Source of the DNA: Euprymna scolopes
Lineage: Eukaryota
Assembly (NCBI GenBank): GCA_053919585.1
Contig: CM132791.1
Reading direction: 5' to 3' (one strand)
Length of the DNA: 64,000 bases
Both the position numbers and the translations under genes were made by a program. Of the stretch, positions 52,501 through 64,000 are shown piece after piece; position 1 is the stretch's first letter, and every line of letters begins with the position of its first letter. The notes under the pieces were generated by a model. The model had not been told where the DNA came from. It made no database searches and was given only the letters and a program-made list of their open reading frames with translations.

Positions 52501-55500
52501 ACCTGCCTAATTTTCCTCGCGAATATTTACTCTGCCGGCGACATATTAGATGAAGCGCTTTCATTTGGCGTATTTCGGATACTTTTCTGAACTTTTCCCT
52601 GTTCCCCTACCTGACTATTATTTTTGCGTATCTGGAAAAATTAATTCATCCCCAGGTAAGTGCCTCTTTCTCCGAAGTATAATATTCGGTCATTCACTTG
52701 TTTTGGCAAAAGTGGTCGAAGTCCTGCCTAATTTTCCTCGCGAATATTTACTGTGACGGCGACATATTAGATGAAGCGCTTTCATTTGACGTATTTCGGA
52801 TACTTTTCTGAACTTTTCCCTGTTCCCCTACCTTACTATAATTTTTGCGTATCTGGAAAAATTAATTCATCCCCAGGTAAGTGCCTCTTTCTCCGAAGTA
52901 TAATATTCGGTCATTCACTGGTTTTGGCAAAAGTGGTCGAAGACCTGCCTAATTTTCCTCGCGAATATTTACTCTGCCGGCGACATATTAGATGAAGCGC
53001 TTTCATTTGGCGTATTTCGGATCCTTTTCTGAACTTTTCCCTGTTCCCCTACCTTACTATTATTTTTGCGTATCTGGAAAAATTAATTCATCCCCAGGTA
53101 AGTGCCTCTTTCTCCGAAGTATAATATTCGGTCATTCACTTGTTTTGGCAAAAGTGGTCGAAGACCTGCCTAATTTTCCTCGCGAATATTTACTCTGCCA
53201 ACGACATATTAGATGAAGCGCTTTCATTTGGCGTATTTCGGATACTTTTCTGAACTTTTCCGTGTTCCCCTACCTTACTATTATTTTTGCGTATCTGGAA
53301 AAAGTAATTCATCCCCAGGTAAGTGCCTCTTTCTCCGAAGTATAATATTCGGTCATTCACTTGTTTTGGCAAAAGTGGTCGAAGACCTGCCTAATTTTCC
53401 TCGCGAATATTTACTCTGCCGGCAACATATTAGATGAAGCGCTTTCATTTGACGTATTTCGGATACTTTTCTGAACTTCTCCCTGTTCCCCTACCTTACT
53501 ATTATTTTTGCGTATCTGGAAAAATTAATTCATCCCCAGGTAAGTGCCTCTTTCTCCGAAGTATAATATTTGGTCATTCACTTGTTTTGGCAAAAGTGGT
53601 CGAAGACCTGCCTAATTTTCCTCGCGAATATTTACTCTGCCGGCGACATATTAGATGAAGCGCTTTCATTTGGCGTATTTCGGATCCTTTTCTGAACTTT
53701 TCCCTGTTCCCCTACCTTACTATTATTTTTGCGTATCTGGAAAAATTAATTCATCCCCAGGTAAGTGCCTCTTTCTCCGAAGTATAATATTCGGTCATTC
53801 ACTTGTTTTGGCAAAAGTGGTCGAAGACCTGCCTAATTTTCCTCGCGAATATTTACTCTGCCGGCGACATATTAGATGAAGCGCTTTCATTTGGCGTATT
53901 TCGGATACTTTTCTGAACTTTTCCCTGTTCCCCTACCTTACTATTATTTTTGCGTATCTGGAAAAATTAATTCATCCCCAGGTAAGTGCCTCTTTCTCCG
54001 AAGTATAATATTCGGTCATTCACTTGTTTTGGCAAAAGTGGTCGAAGACCTGCCTAATTTTCCTCGCGAATATTTACTCTGCCGGCGACATATTAGATGA
54101 AGCGCTTTCATTTGGCGTATTTTGGATACTTTTCTGAACTTTTCCCTGTTCCCCTACCTTACTATTATTTTTGCGTATCTGGAAAAATTAATTCATCCCC
54201 AGGTAAGTGCCTCTTTCTCCGAAGTATAATATTCGCTCATTCACTTGTTTTGGCAAAAGTGGTCGAAGACCTGCCTAATTTTCCTCGCGAATATTTACTC
54301 TGCCGGCGACATATTAGATGAAGCGCTTTCATTTGGCGTATTTCGGATACTTTTATGAACTTTTCCCTGTTCCCCTACCTGACTATTATTTTTGCGTATC
54401 TGGAAAAATTAATTCATCCCCAGGTAAGTGCCTCTTTCTCCGAAGTATAATATTCGGTCATTCACTTGTTTTGGCAAAAGTGGTCGAAGTCCTGCCTAAT
54501 TTTCCTCGCGAATATTTACTCTGCCGGCGACATATTAGATGAAGCGCTTTCATTTGACGTATTTCGGATACTTTTCTGAACTTTTCCCTGTTCCCCTACC
54601 TTACTATAATTTTTGCGTATCTGGAAAAATTAATTCATCCCCAGGTAAGTGCCTCTTTCTCCGAAGTATAATATTCGGTCATTCACTTGTTTTGGCAAAA
54701 GTGGTCGAAGACCTGCCTAATTTTCCTCGCGAATATTTACTCTGCCGGCGACATATTAGATGAAGCGCTTTCATTTGGCGTATTTCGGATCCTTTTCTGA
54801 ACTTTTCCCTGTTCCCCTACCTTACTATTATTTTTGCGTATCTGGAAAAATTAATTCATCCCCAGGTAAGTGCCTCTTTCTCCGAAGTATAATATTCGGT
54901 CATTCACTTGTTTTGGCAAAAGTGGTCGAAGACCTGCCTAATTTTCCTCGCGAATATTTACTCTGCCGGCGACATATTAGATGAAGCGCTTTCATTTGGC
55001 GTATTTCGGATACTTTTCTGAACTTTTCCCGGTTCCCCTACCTTACTATTATTTTTGCGTATCTGGAAAAATTAATTCATCCCCAGGTAAGTGCCTCTTT
55101 CTCCGAAGTATAATATTCGGTCATTCACTTGTTTTGGAAAAAGTTGTCGAAGACCTGCCTAATTTTCCTCGCGAATATTTACTCTGCCGGCGACATATTA
55201 GATGAAGCGCTTTCATTTGGCGTATTTCGGATACTTTTCTGAACTTTTCCCTGTTCCCCTACCTTACTATTATTTTTGCGTATCTGGAAAAAGTAATTCA
55301 TCCCCAGGTAAGTGCCTCTTTCTCCGAAGTATAATATTCGCTCATTCACTTGTTTTGGCAAAAGTGGTCGAAGACCTGCCTAATTTTCCTCGCGAATATT
55401 TACTCTGCCGGCGACATATTAGATGAAGCGCTTTCATTTGGCGTATTTCGGATACTTTTCTGAACTTTTCCCTGTTCCCCTACCTTACTATTATTTTTGC

Positions 55501-58500
55501 GTATCTGGAAAAATTAATTCATCCCCAGGTAAGTGCCTCTTTCTCCGAAGTATAATATTCGGTCATTCACTTGTTTTGGAAAAAGTGGTCGAAGACCTGC
55601 CTAATTTTCCTCGCGAATATTTACTCTGCCGGCGACATATTAGATGAAGCGCTTTCATTTGGCGTATTTCGGACACTTTTCTGAACTTTTCCCTGTTCCC
55701 CTACCTTACTATTATTTTTGCGTATCTGGAAAAATTAATTCATCCCCAGGTAAGTGCCTCTTTCTCCGAAGTATAATATTCGGTCATTCACTTGTTTTGG
55801 CAAAAGTGGTCGAAGACCTGCCTAATTTTCCTCGCGAATATTTACTCTGCCGGCGACATATTAGATGAAGCGCTTTCATTTGGCGTATTTCGGATCCTTT
55901 TCTGAACTTTTCCCTGTTCCCCTACCTTACTATTATTTTTGCGTATCTGGAAAAATTAATTCATCCCCAGGTAAGTGCCTCTTTCTCCGAAGTATAATAT
56001 TCGGTCATTCACTTGTTTTGGCAAAAGTGGTCGAAGACCTGCCTAATTTTCCTCGCGAATATTTACTCTGCCGGCGACATATTAGATGAAGCGCTTTCAT
56101 TTGGCGTATTTCGGATCCTTTTCTGAACTTTTCCCTGTTCCCCTACCTTACTATTATTTTTGCGTATCTGGAAAAATTAATTCATCCCCAGGTAAGTGCC
56201 TCTTTCTCCGAAGTATAATATTCGGTCATTCACTTGTTTTGGCAAAAGTGGTCGAAGACCTGCCTAATTTTCCTCGCGAATATTTACTCTGCCGGCGACA
56301 TATTAGATGAAGCGCTTTCATTTGGCGTATTTCGGATACTTTTCTGAACTTTTCCCTGTTCCCCTACCTGACTATTATTTTTGCGTATCTGGAAAAATTA
56401 ATTCATCCCCAGGTAAGTGCCTCTTTCTCCGAAGTATAATATTCGGTCATTCACTTGTTTTGGCAAAAGTGGTCGAAGTCCTGCCTAATTTTCCTCGCGA
56501 ATATTTACTGTGACGGCGACATATTAGATGAAGCGCTTTCATTTGACGTATTTCGGATACTTTTCTGAACTTTTCCCTGTTCCCCTACCTTACTATAATT
56601 TTTGCGTATCTGGAAAAATTAATTCATCCCCAGGTAAGTGCCTCTTTCTCCGAAGTATAATATTCGGTCATTCACTGGTTTTGGCAAAAGTGGTCGAAGA
56701 CCTGCCTAATTTTCCTCGCGAATATTTACTCTGCCGGCGACATATTAGATGAAGCGCTTTCATTTGGCGTATTTCGGATCCTTTTCTGAACTTTTCCCTG
56801 TTCCCCTACCTTACTATTATTTTTGCGTATCTGGAAAAATTAATTCATCCCCAGGTAAGTGCCTCTTTCTCCGAAGTATAATATTCGGTCATTCACTTGT
56901 TTTGGCAAAAGTGGTCGAAGACCTGCCTAATTTTCCTCGCGAATATTTACTCTGCCGGCGACATATTAGATGAAGCGCTTTCATTTGGCGTATTTCGGAT
57001 ACTTTTCTGAACTTTTCCCTGTTCCCCTACCTTACTATTATTTTTGCGTATCTGGAAAAAGTAATTCATCCCCAGGTAAGTGCCTCTTTCTCCGAAGTAT
57101 AATATTCGGTCATTCACTTGTTTTGGCAAAAGTGGTCGAAGACCTGCCTAATTTTCCTCGCGAATATTTACTCTGCCGGCAACATATTAGATGAAGCGCT
57201 TTCATTTGACGTATTTCGGATACTTTTCTGAACTTCTCCCTGTTCCCCTACCTTACTATTATTTTTGCGTATCTGGAAAAATTAATTCATCCCCAGGTAA
57301 GTGCCTCTTTCTCCGAAGTATAATATTCGGTCATTCACTTGTTTTGGCAAAAGTGGTCGAAGACCTGCCTAATTTTCCTCGCGAATATTTACTCTGCCGG
57401 CGACATATTAGATGAAGCGCTTTCATTTGGCGTATTTCGGATCCTTTTCTGAACTTTTCCCTGTTCCCCTACCTTACTATTATTTTTGCGTATCTGGAAA
57501 AATTAATTCATCCCCAGGTAAGTGCCTCTTTCTCCGAAGTATAATATTCGGTCATTCACTTGTTTTGGCAAAAGTGGTCGAAGACCTGCCTAATTTTCCT
57601 CGCGAATATTTACTCTGCCGGCGACATATTAGATGAAGCGCTTTCATTTGGCGTATTTCGGATACTTTTCTGAACTTTTCCCTGTTCCCCTACCTTACTA
57701 TTATTTTTGCGTATCTGGAAAAATTAATTCATCCCCAGGTAAGTGCCTCTTTCTCCGAAGTATAATATTCGGTCATTCACTTGTTTTGGCAAAAGTGGTC
57801 GAAGACCTGCCTAATTTTCCTCGCGAATATTTACTCTGCCGGCGACATATTAGATGAAGCGCTTTCATTTAGCGTATTTTGGATACTTTTCTGAACTTTT
57901 CCCTGTTCCCCTACCTTACTATTATTTTTGCGTATCTGGAAAAATTAATTCATCCCCAGGTAAGTGCCTCTTTCTCCGAAGTATAATATTCGCTCATTCA
58001 CTTGTTTTGGCAAAAGTGGTCGAAGACCTGCCTAATTTTCCTCGCGAATATTTACTCTGCCGGCGACATATTAGATGAAGCGCTTTCATTTGGCGTATTT
58101 CGGATACTTTTATGAACTTTTCCCTGTTCCCCTACCTGACTATTATTTTTGCGTATCTGGAAAAATTAATTCATCCCCAGGTAAGTGCCTCTTTCTCCGA
58201 AGTATAATATTCGGTCATTCACTTGTTTTGGCAAAAGTGGTCGAAGTCCTGCCTAATTTTCCTCGCGAATATTTACTGTGCCGGCGACATATTAGATGAA
58301 GCGCTTTCATTTGACGTATTTCGGATACTTTTCTGAACTTTTCCCTGTTCCCCTACCTTACTATAATTTTTGCGTATCTGGAAAAATTAATTCATCCCCA
58401 GGTAAGTGCCTCTTTCTCCGAAGTATAATATTCGGTCATTCACTTGTTTTGGCAAAAGTGGTCGAAGACCTGCCTAATTTTCCTCGCGAATATTTACTCT

Positions 58501-61500
58501 GCCGGCGACATATTAGATGAAGCGCTTTCATTTGGCGTATTTCGGATCCTTTTCTGAACTTTTCCCTGTTCCCCTACCTTACTATTATTTTTGCGTATCT
58601 GGAAAAATTAATTCATCTCCAGGTAAGTGCCTCTTTCTCCGAAGTATAATATTCGGTCATTCACTTGTTTTGGCAAAAGTGGTCGAAGACCTGCCTAATT
58701 TTCCTCGCGAATATTTACTCTGCCGGCGACATATTAGATGAAGCGCTTTCATTTGGCGTATTTCGGATCCTTTTCTGAACTTTTCCCTGTTCCCCTACCT
58801 TACTATTATTTTTGCGTATCTGGAAAAATTAATTCATCCCCAGGTAAGTGCCTCTTTCTCCGAAGTATAATATTCGGTCATTCACTTGTTTTGGCAAAAG
58901 TGGTCGAAGACCTGCCTAATTTTCCTCGCGAATATTTACTCTGCCGGCGACATATTAGATGAAGCGCTTTCATTTGGCGTATTTCGGATACTTTTCTGAA
59001 CTTTTCCCTGTTCCCCTACCTTACTATTATTTTTGCGTATCTGGAAAAATTAATTCATCCCCAGGTAAGTGCCTCTTTCTCCGAAGTATAATATTCGGTC
59101 ATTCACTTGTTTTGGCAAAAGTGGTCGAAGACCTGCCTAATTTTCCTCGCGAATATTTACTCTGCCGGCGACATATTAGATGAAGCGCTTTCATTTGGCG
59201 TATTTTGGATACTTTTCTGAACTTTTCCCTGTTCCCCTACCTTACTATTATTTTTGCGTATCTGGAAAAATTAATTCATCCCCAGGTAAGTGCCTCTTTC
59301 TCCGAAGTATAATATTCGGTCATTCACTTGTTTTTGCAAAAGTGGTCGAAGACCTGCCTAATTTTCCTCGCGAATATTTACTCTGCCGGCGACATATTAG
59401 ATGAAGCGCTTTCATTTGGCGTATTTCGGATACTTTTATGAACTTTTCCCTGTTCCCCTACCTGACTATTATTTTTGCGTATCTGGAAAAATTAATTCAT
59501 CCCCAGGTAAGTGCCTCTTTCTCCGAAGTATAATATTCGGTCATTCACTTGTTTTGGCAAAAGTGGTCGAAGTCCTGCCTAATTTTCCTCGCGAATATTT
59601 ACTCTGCCGGCGACATATTAGATGAAGCGCTTTCATTTGACGTATTTCGGATACTTTTCTGAACTTTTCCCTGTTCCCCTACCTTACTATAATTTTTGCG
59701 TATCTGGAAAAATTAATTCATCTCCAGGTAAGTGCCTCTTTCTCCGAAGTATAATATTCGGTCATTCACTTGTTTTGGCAAAAGTGGTCGAAGACCTGCC
59801 TAATTTTCCTCGCGAATATTTACTCTGCCGGCGACATATTAGATGAAGCGCTTTCATTTGGCGTATTTCGGATCCTTTTCTGAACTTTTCCCTGTTCCCC
59901 TACCTTACTATTATTTTTGCGTATCTGGAAAAATTAATTCATCCCCAGGTAAGTGCCTCTTTCTCCGAAGTATAATATTCGGTCATTCACTTGTTTTGGC
60001 AAAAGTGGTCGAAGACCTGCCTAATTTTCCTCGCGAATATTTACTCTGCCGGCGACATATTAGATGAAGCGCTTTCATTTGGCGTATTTCGGATACTTTT
60101 CTGAACTTTTCCCGGTTCCCCTACCTTACTATTATTTTTGCGTATCTGGAAAAATTAATTCATCCCCAGGTAAGTGCCTCTTTCTCCGAAGTATAATATT
60201 CGGTCATTCACTTGTTTTGGAAAAAGTTGTCGAAGACCTGCCTAATTTTCCTCGCGAATATTTACTCTGCCGGCGACATATTAGATGAAGCGCTTTCATT
60301 TGGCGTATTTCGGATACTTTTCTGAACTTTTCCCTGTTCCCCTACCTTACTATTATTTTTGCGTATCTGGAAAAAGTAATTCATCCCCAGGTAAGTGCCT
60401 CTTTCTCCGAAGTATAATATTCGCTCATTCACTTGTTTTGGCAAAAGTGGTCGAAGACCTGCCTAATTTTCCTCGCGAATATTTACTCTGCCGGCGACAT
60501 ATTAGATGAAGCGCTTTCATTTGGCGTATTTCGGATACTTTTCTGAACTTTTCCCTGTTCCCCTACCTTACTATTATTTTTGCGTATCTGGAAAAATTAA
60601 TTCATCCCCAGGTAAGTGCCTCTTTCTCCGAAGTATAATATTCGGTCATTCACTTGTTTTGGAAAAAGTGGTCGAAGACCTGCCTAATTTTCCTCGCGAA
60701 TATTTACTCTGCCGGCGACATATTAGATGAAGCGCTTTCATTTGGCGTATTTCGGACACTTTTCTGAACTTTTCCCTGTTCCCCTACCTTACTATTATTT
60801 TTGCGTATCTGGAAAAATTAATTCATCCCCAGGTAAGTGCCTCTTTCTCCGAAGTATAATATTCGGTCATTCACTTGTTTTGGCAAAAGTGGTCGAAGAC
60901 CTGCCTAATTTTCCTCGCGAATATTTACTCTGCCGGCGACATATTAGATGAAGCGCTTTCATTTGGCGTATTTCGGATCCTTTTCTGAACTTTTCCCTGT
61001 TCCCCTACCTTACTATTATTTTTGCGTATCTGGAAAAATTAATTCATCCCCAGGTAAGTGCCTCTTTCTCCGAAGTATAATATTCGGTCATTCACTTGTT
61101 TTGGCAAAAGTGGTCGAAGACCTGCCTAATTTTCCTCGCGAATATTTACTCTGCCGGCGACATATTAGATGAAGCGCTTTCATTTGGCGTATTTCGGATC
61201 CTTTTCTGAACTTTTCCCTTTTCCCCTACCTTACTATTATTTTTGCGTATCTGGAAAAATTAATTCATCCCCAGGTAAGTGCCTCTTTCTCCGAAGTATA
61301 ATATTCGGTCATTCACTTGTTTTGGCAAAAGTGGTCGAAGACCTGCCTAATTTTCCTCGCGAATATTTACTCTGCCGGCGACATATTAGATGAAGCGCTT
61401 TCATTTGGCGTATTTCGGATACTTTTCTGAACTTTTCCCTGTTCCCCTACCTGACTATTATTTTTGCGTATCTGGAAAAATTAATTCATCCCCAGGTAAG

Positions 61501-64000
61501 TGCCTCTTTCTCCGAAGTATAATATTCGGTCATTCACTTGTTTTGGCAAAAGTGGTCGAAGTCCTGCCTAATTTTCCTCGCGAATATTTACTGTGACGGC
61601 GACATATTAGATGAAGCGCTTTCATTTGACGTATTTCGGATACTTTTCTGAACTTTTCCCTGTTCCCCTACCTTACTATAATTTTTGCGTATCTGGAAAA
61701 ATTAATTCATCCCCAGGTAAGTGCCTCTTTCTCCGAAGTATAATATTCGGTCATTCACTTGTTTTGGCAAAAGTGGTCGAAGACCTGCCTAATTTTCCTC
61801 GCGAATATTTACTCTGCCGGCGACATATTAGATGAAGCGCTTTCATTTGGCGTATTTTGGATACTTTTCTGAACTTTTCCCTGTTCCCCTACCTTACTAT
61901 TATTTTTGCGTATCTGGAAAAATTAATTCATCCCCAGGTAAGTGCCTCTTTCTCCGAAGTATAATATTCGGTCATTCACTTGTTTTTGCAAAAGTGGTCG
62001 AAGACCTGCCTAATTTTCCTCGCGAATATTTACTCTGCCGGCGACATATTAGATGAAGCGCTTTCATTTGGCGTATTTCGGATACTTTTATGAACTTTTC
62101 CCTGTTCCCCTACCTGACTATTATTTTTGCGTATCTGGAAAAATTAATTCATCCCCAGGTAAGTGCCTCTTTCTCCGAAGTATAATATTCGGTCATTCAC
62201 TTGTTTTGGCAAAAGTGGTCGAAGTCCTGCCTAATTTTCCTCGCGAATATTTACTCTGCCGGCGACATATTAGATGAAGCGCTTTCATTTGACGTATTTC
62301 GGATACTTTTCTGAACTTTTCCCTGTTCCCCTACCTTACTATAATTTTTGCGTATCTGGAAAAATTAATTCATCCCCAGGTAAGTGCCTCTTTCTCCGAA
62401 GTATAATATTCGGTCATTCACTTGTTTTGGCAAAAGTGGTCGAAGACCTGCCTAATTTTCCTCGCGAATATTTACTCTGCCGGCGACATATTAGATGAAG
62501 CGCTTTCATTTGGCGTATTTCGGATCCTTTTCTGAACTTTTCCCTGTTCCCCTACCTTACTATTATTTTTGCGTATCTGGAAAAATTAATTCATCCCCAG
62601 GTAAGTGCCTCTTTCTCCGAAGTATAATATTCGGTCATTCACTTGTTTTGGCAAAAGTGGTCGAAGACCTGCCTAATTTTCCTCGCGAATATTTACTCTG
62701 CCGGCGACATATTAGATGAAGCGCTTTCATTTGGCGTATTTCGGATACTTTTCTGAACTTTTCCCGGTTCCCCTACCTTACTATTATTTTTGCGTATCTG
62801 GAAAAATTAATTCATCCCCAGGTAAGTGCCTCTTTCTCCGAAGTATAATATTCGGTCATTCACTTGTTTTGGAAAAAGTTGTCGAAGACCTGCCTAATTT
62901 TCCTCGCGAATATTTACTCTGCCGGCGACATATTAGATGAAGCGCTTTCATTTGGCGTATTTCGGATACTTTTCTGAACTTTTCCCTGTTCCCCTACCTT
63001 ACTATTATTTTTGCGTATCTGGAAAAAGTAATTCATCCCCAGGTAAGTGCCTCTTTCTCCGAAGTATAATATTCGCTCATTCACTTGTTTTGGCAAAAGT
63101 GGTCGAAGACCTGCCTAATTTTCCTCGCGAATATTTACTCTGCCGGCGACATATTAGATGAAGCGCTTTCATTTGGCGTATTTCGGATACTTTTCTGAAC
63201 TTTTCCCTGTTCCCCTACCTTACTATTATTTTTGCGTATCTGGAAAAATTAATTCATCCCCAGGTAAGTGCCTCTTTCTCCGAAGTATAATATTCGGTCA
63301 TTCACTTGTTTTGGAAAAAGTGGTCGAAGACCTGCCTAATTTTCCTCGCGAATATTTACTCTGCCGGCGACATATTAGATGAAGCGCTTTCATTTGGCGT
63401 ATTTCGGACACTTTTCTGAACTTTTCCCTGTTCCCCTACCTTACTATTATTTTTGCGTATCTGGAAAAATTAATTCATCCCCAGGTAAGTGCCTCTTTCT
63501 CCGAAGTATAATATTCGGTCATTCACTTGTTTTGGCAAAAGTGGTCGAAGACCTGCCTAATTTTCCTCGCGAATATTTACTCTGCCGGCGACATATTAGA
63601 TGAAGCGCTTTCATTTGGCGTATTTCGGATCCTTTTCTGAACTTTTCCCTGTTCCCCTACCTTACTATTATTTTTGCGTATCTGGAAAAATTAATTCATC
63701 CCCAGGTAAGTGCCTCTTTCTCCGAAGTATAATATTCGGTCATTCACTTGTTTTGGCAAAAGTGGTCGAAGACCTGCCTAATTTTCCTCGCGAATATTTA
63801 CTCTGCCGGCGACATATTAGATGAAGCGCTTTCATTTGGCGTATTTCGGATCCTTTTCTGAACTTTTCCCTTTTCCCCTACCTTACTATTATTTTTGCGT
63901 ATCTGGAAAAATTAATTCATCCCCAGGTAAGTGCCTCTTTCTCCGAAGTATAATATTCGGTCATTCACTTGTTTTGGCAAAAGTGGTCGAAGACCTGCCT
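10364..64000. repeat. 221-bp satellite array, ~243 head-to-tail copies, runs off the window
   Basis: Exact 221-bp periodicity (ORF starts at 10778, 10999, 11220...). Copies differ by about 0-4 substitutions. I see only five indels: a 1-bp deletion near 13,600 and +A near 16,611, 19,041, 22,359 and 25,011. Left boundary at GATCC 10,364. Confidence 0.99.

Noticed and set aside
24238-63096. Recurring 60-aa minus-strand ORFs (MPKQVN...MSPAE)
   Set aside because: They start at TTG and appear only where a SNP removes a TAA. They are permuted pieces of the dead integrase read across the monomer joint.
10778-63824. More than 200 copies of a 74-aa ORF (MKRFHLAYFG...RRHIR) chained by ATGA stop/start overlaps, resembling a translationally coupled polycistronic peptide array
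   Set aside because: It is the antisense of an integrase relic. The overlap follows from one ATGA per 221-bp unit (221 = 3x73+2). Variants are largely non-synonymous, and nonsense and frameshift alleles were themselves amplified (e.g. 29345, 33102, 35533, 16523). There is no recognisable domain. Only Ribo-seq or proteomics could rescue it.
10364-64000. CRISPR array, or tandem U1 snRNA/5S/tRNA/spliced-leader gene cluster
   Set aside because: There are no unique spacers. The U1 match is only ACTTACCTGG (10 nt, minus strand) with no further U1 sequence, and I see no 5S, tRNA or SL structure. The integrase origin explains the whole monomer.

Overview
AT-rich eukaryotic (probably invertebrate metazoan) genomic DNA with no intact protein-coding gene that I can support. 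Positions 1-10.3 kb are a repeat mosaic: TA/CA/GT/CT microsatellites, two N gaps, two degenerate CR1/L2-group LINE fragments (minus strand), a ~750-bp foldback inverted repeat, and five to six type I hammerhead-ribozyme motifs of the Penelope/retrozyme kind between 0.3 and 2.5 kb. From 10,364 to the window end is a homogeneous head-to-tail array of a 221-bp monomer (~243 copies). On the minus strand the monomer is a frameshifted piece of a Ty3/Gypsy (K02A2.6/Mag-like) integrase C-terminus. The first monomer runs in frame into the rest of that element (integrase tail, PPT, 3' LTR), so the satellite appears to have amplified in place inside its parent retrotransposon. Shared variants define nested higher-order repeats (4/5-, 11-, 12-, 17-, 23-mer) and a ~23.2-kb (105-mer) superblock duplication. 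The 200-plus repeated 74-aa ORFs in the ORF track are antisense by-products of the satellite, not genes. All protein-family calls come from manual translation and motif recall, not database searches.
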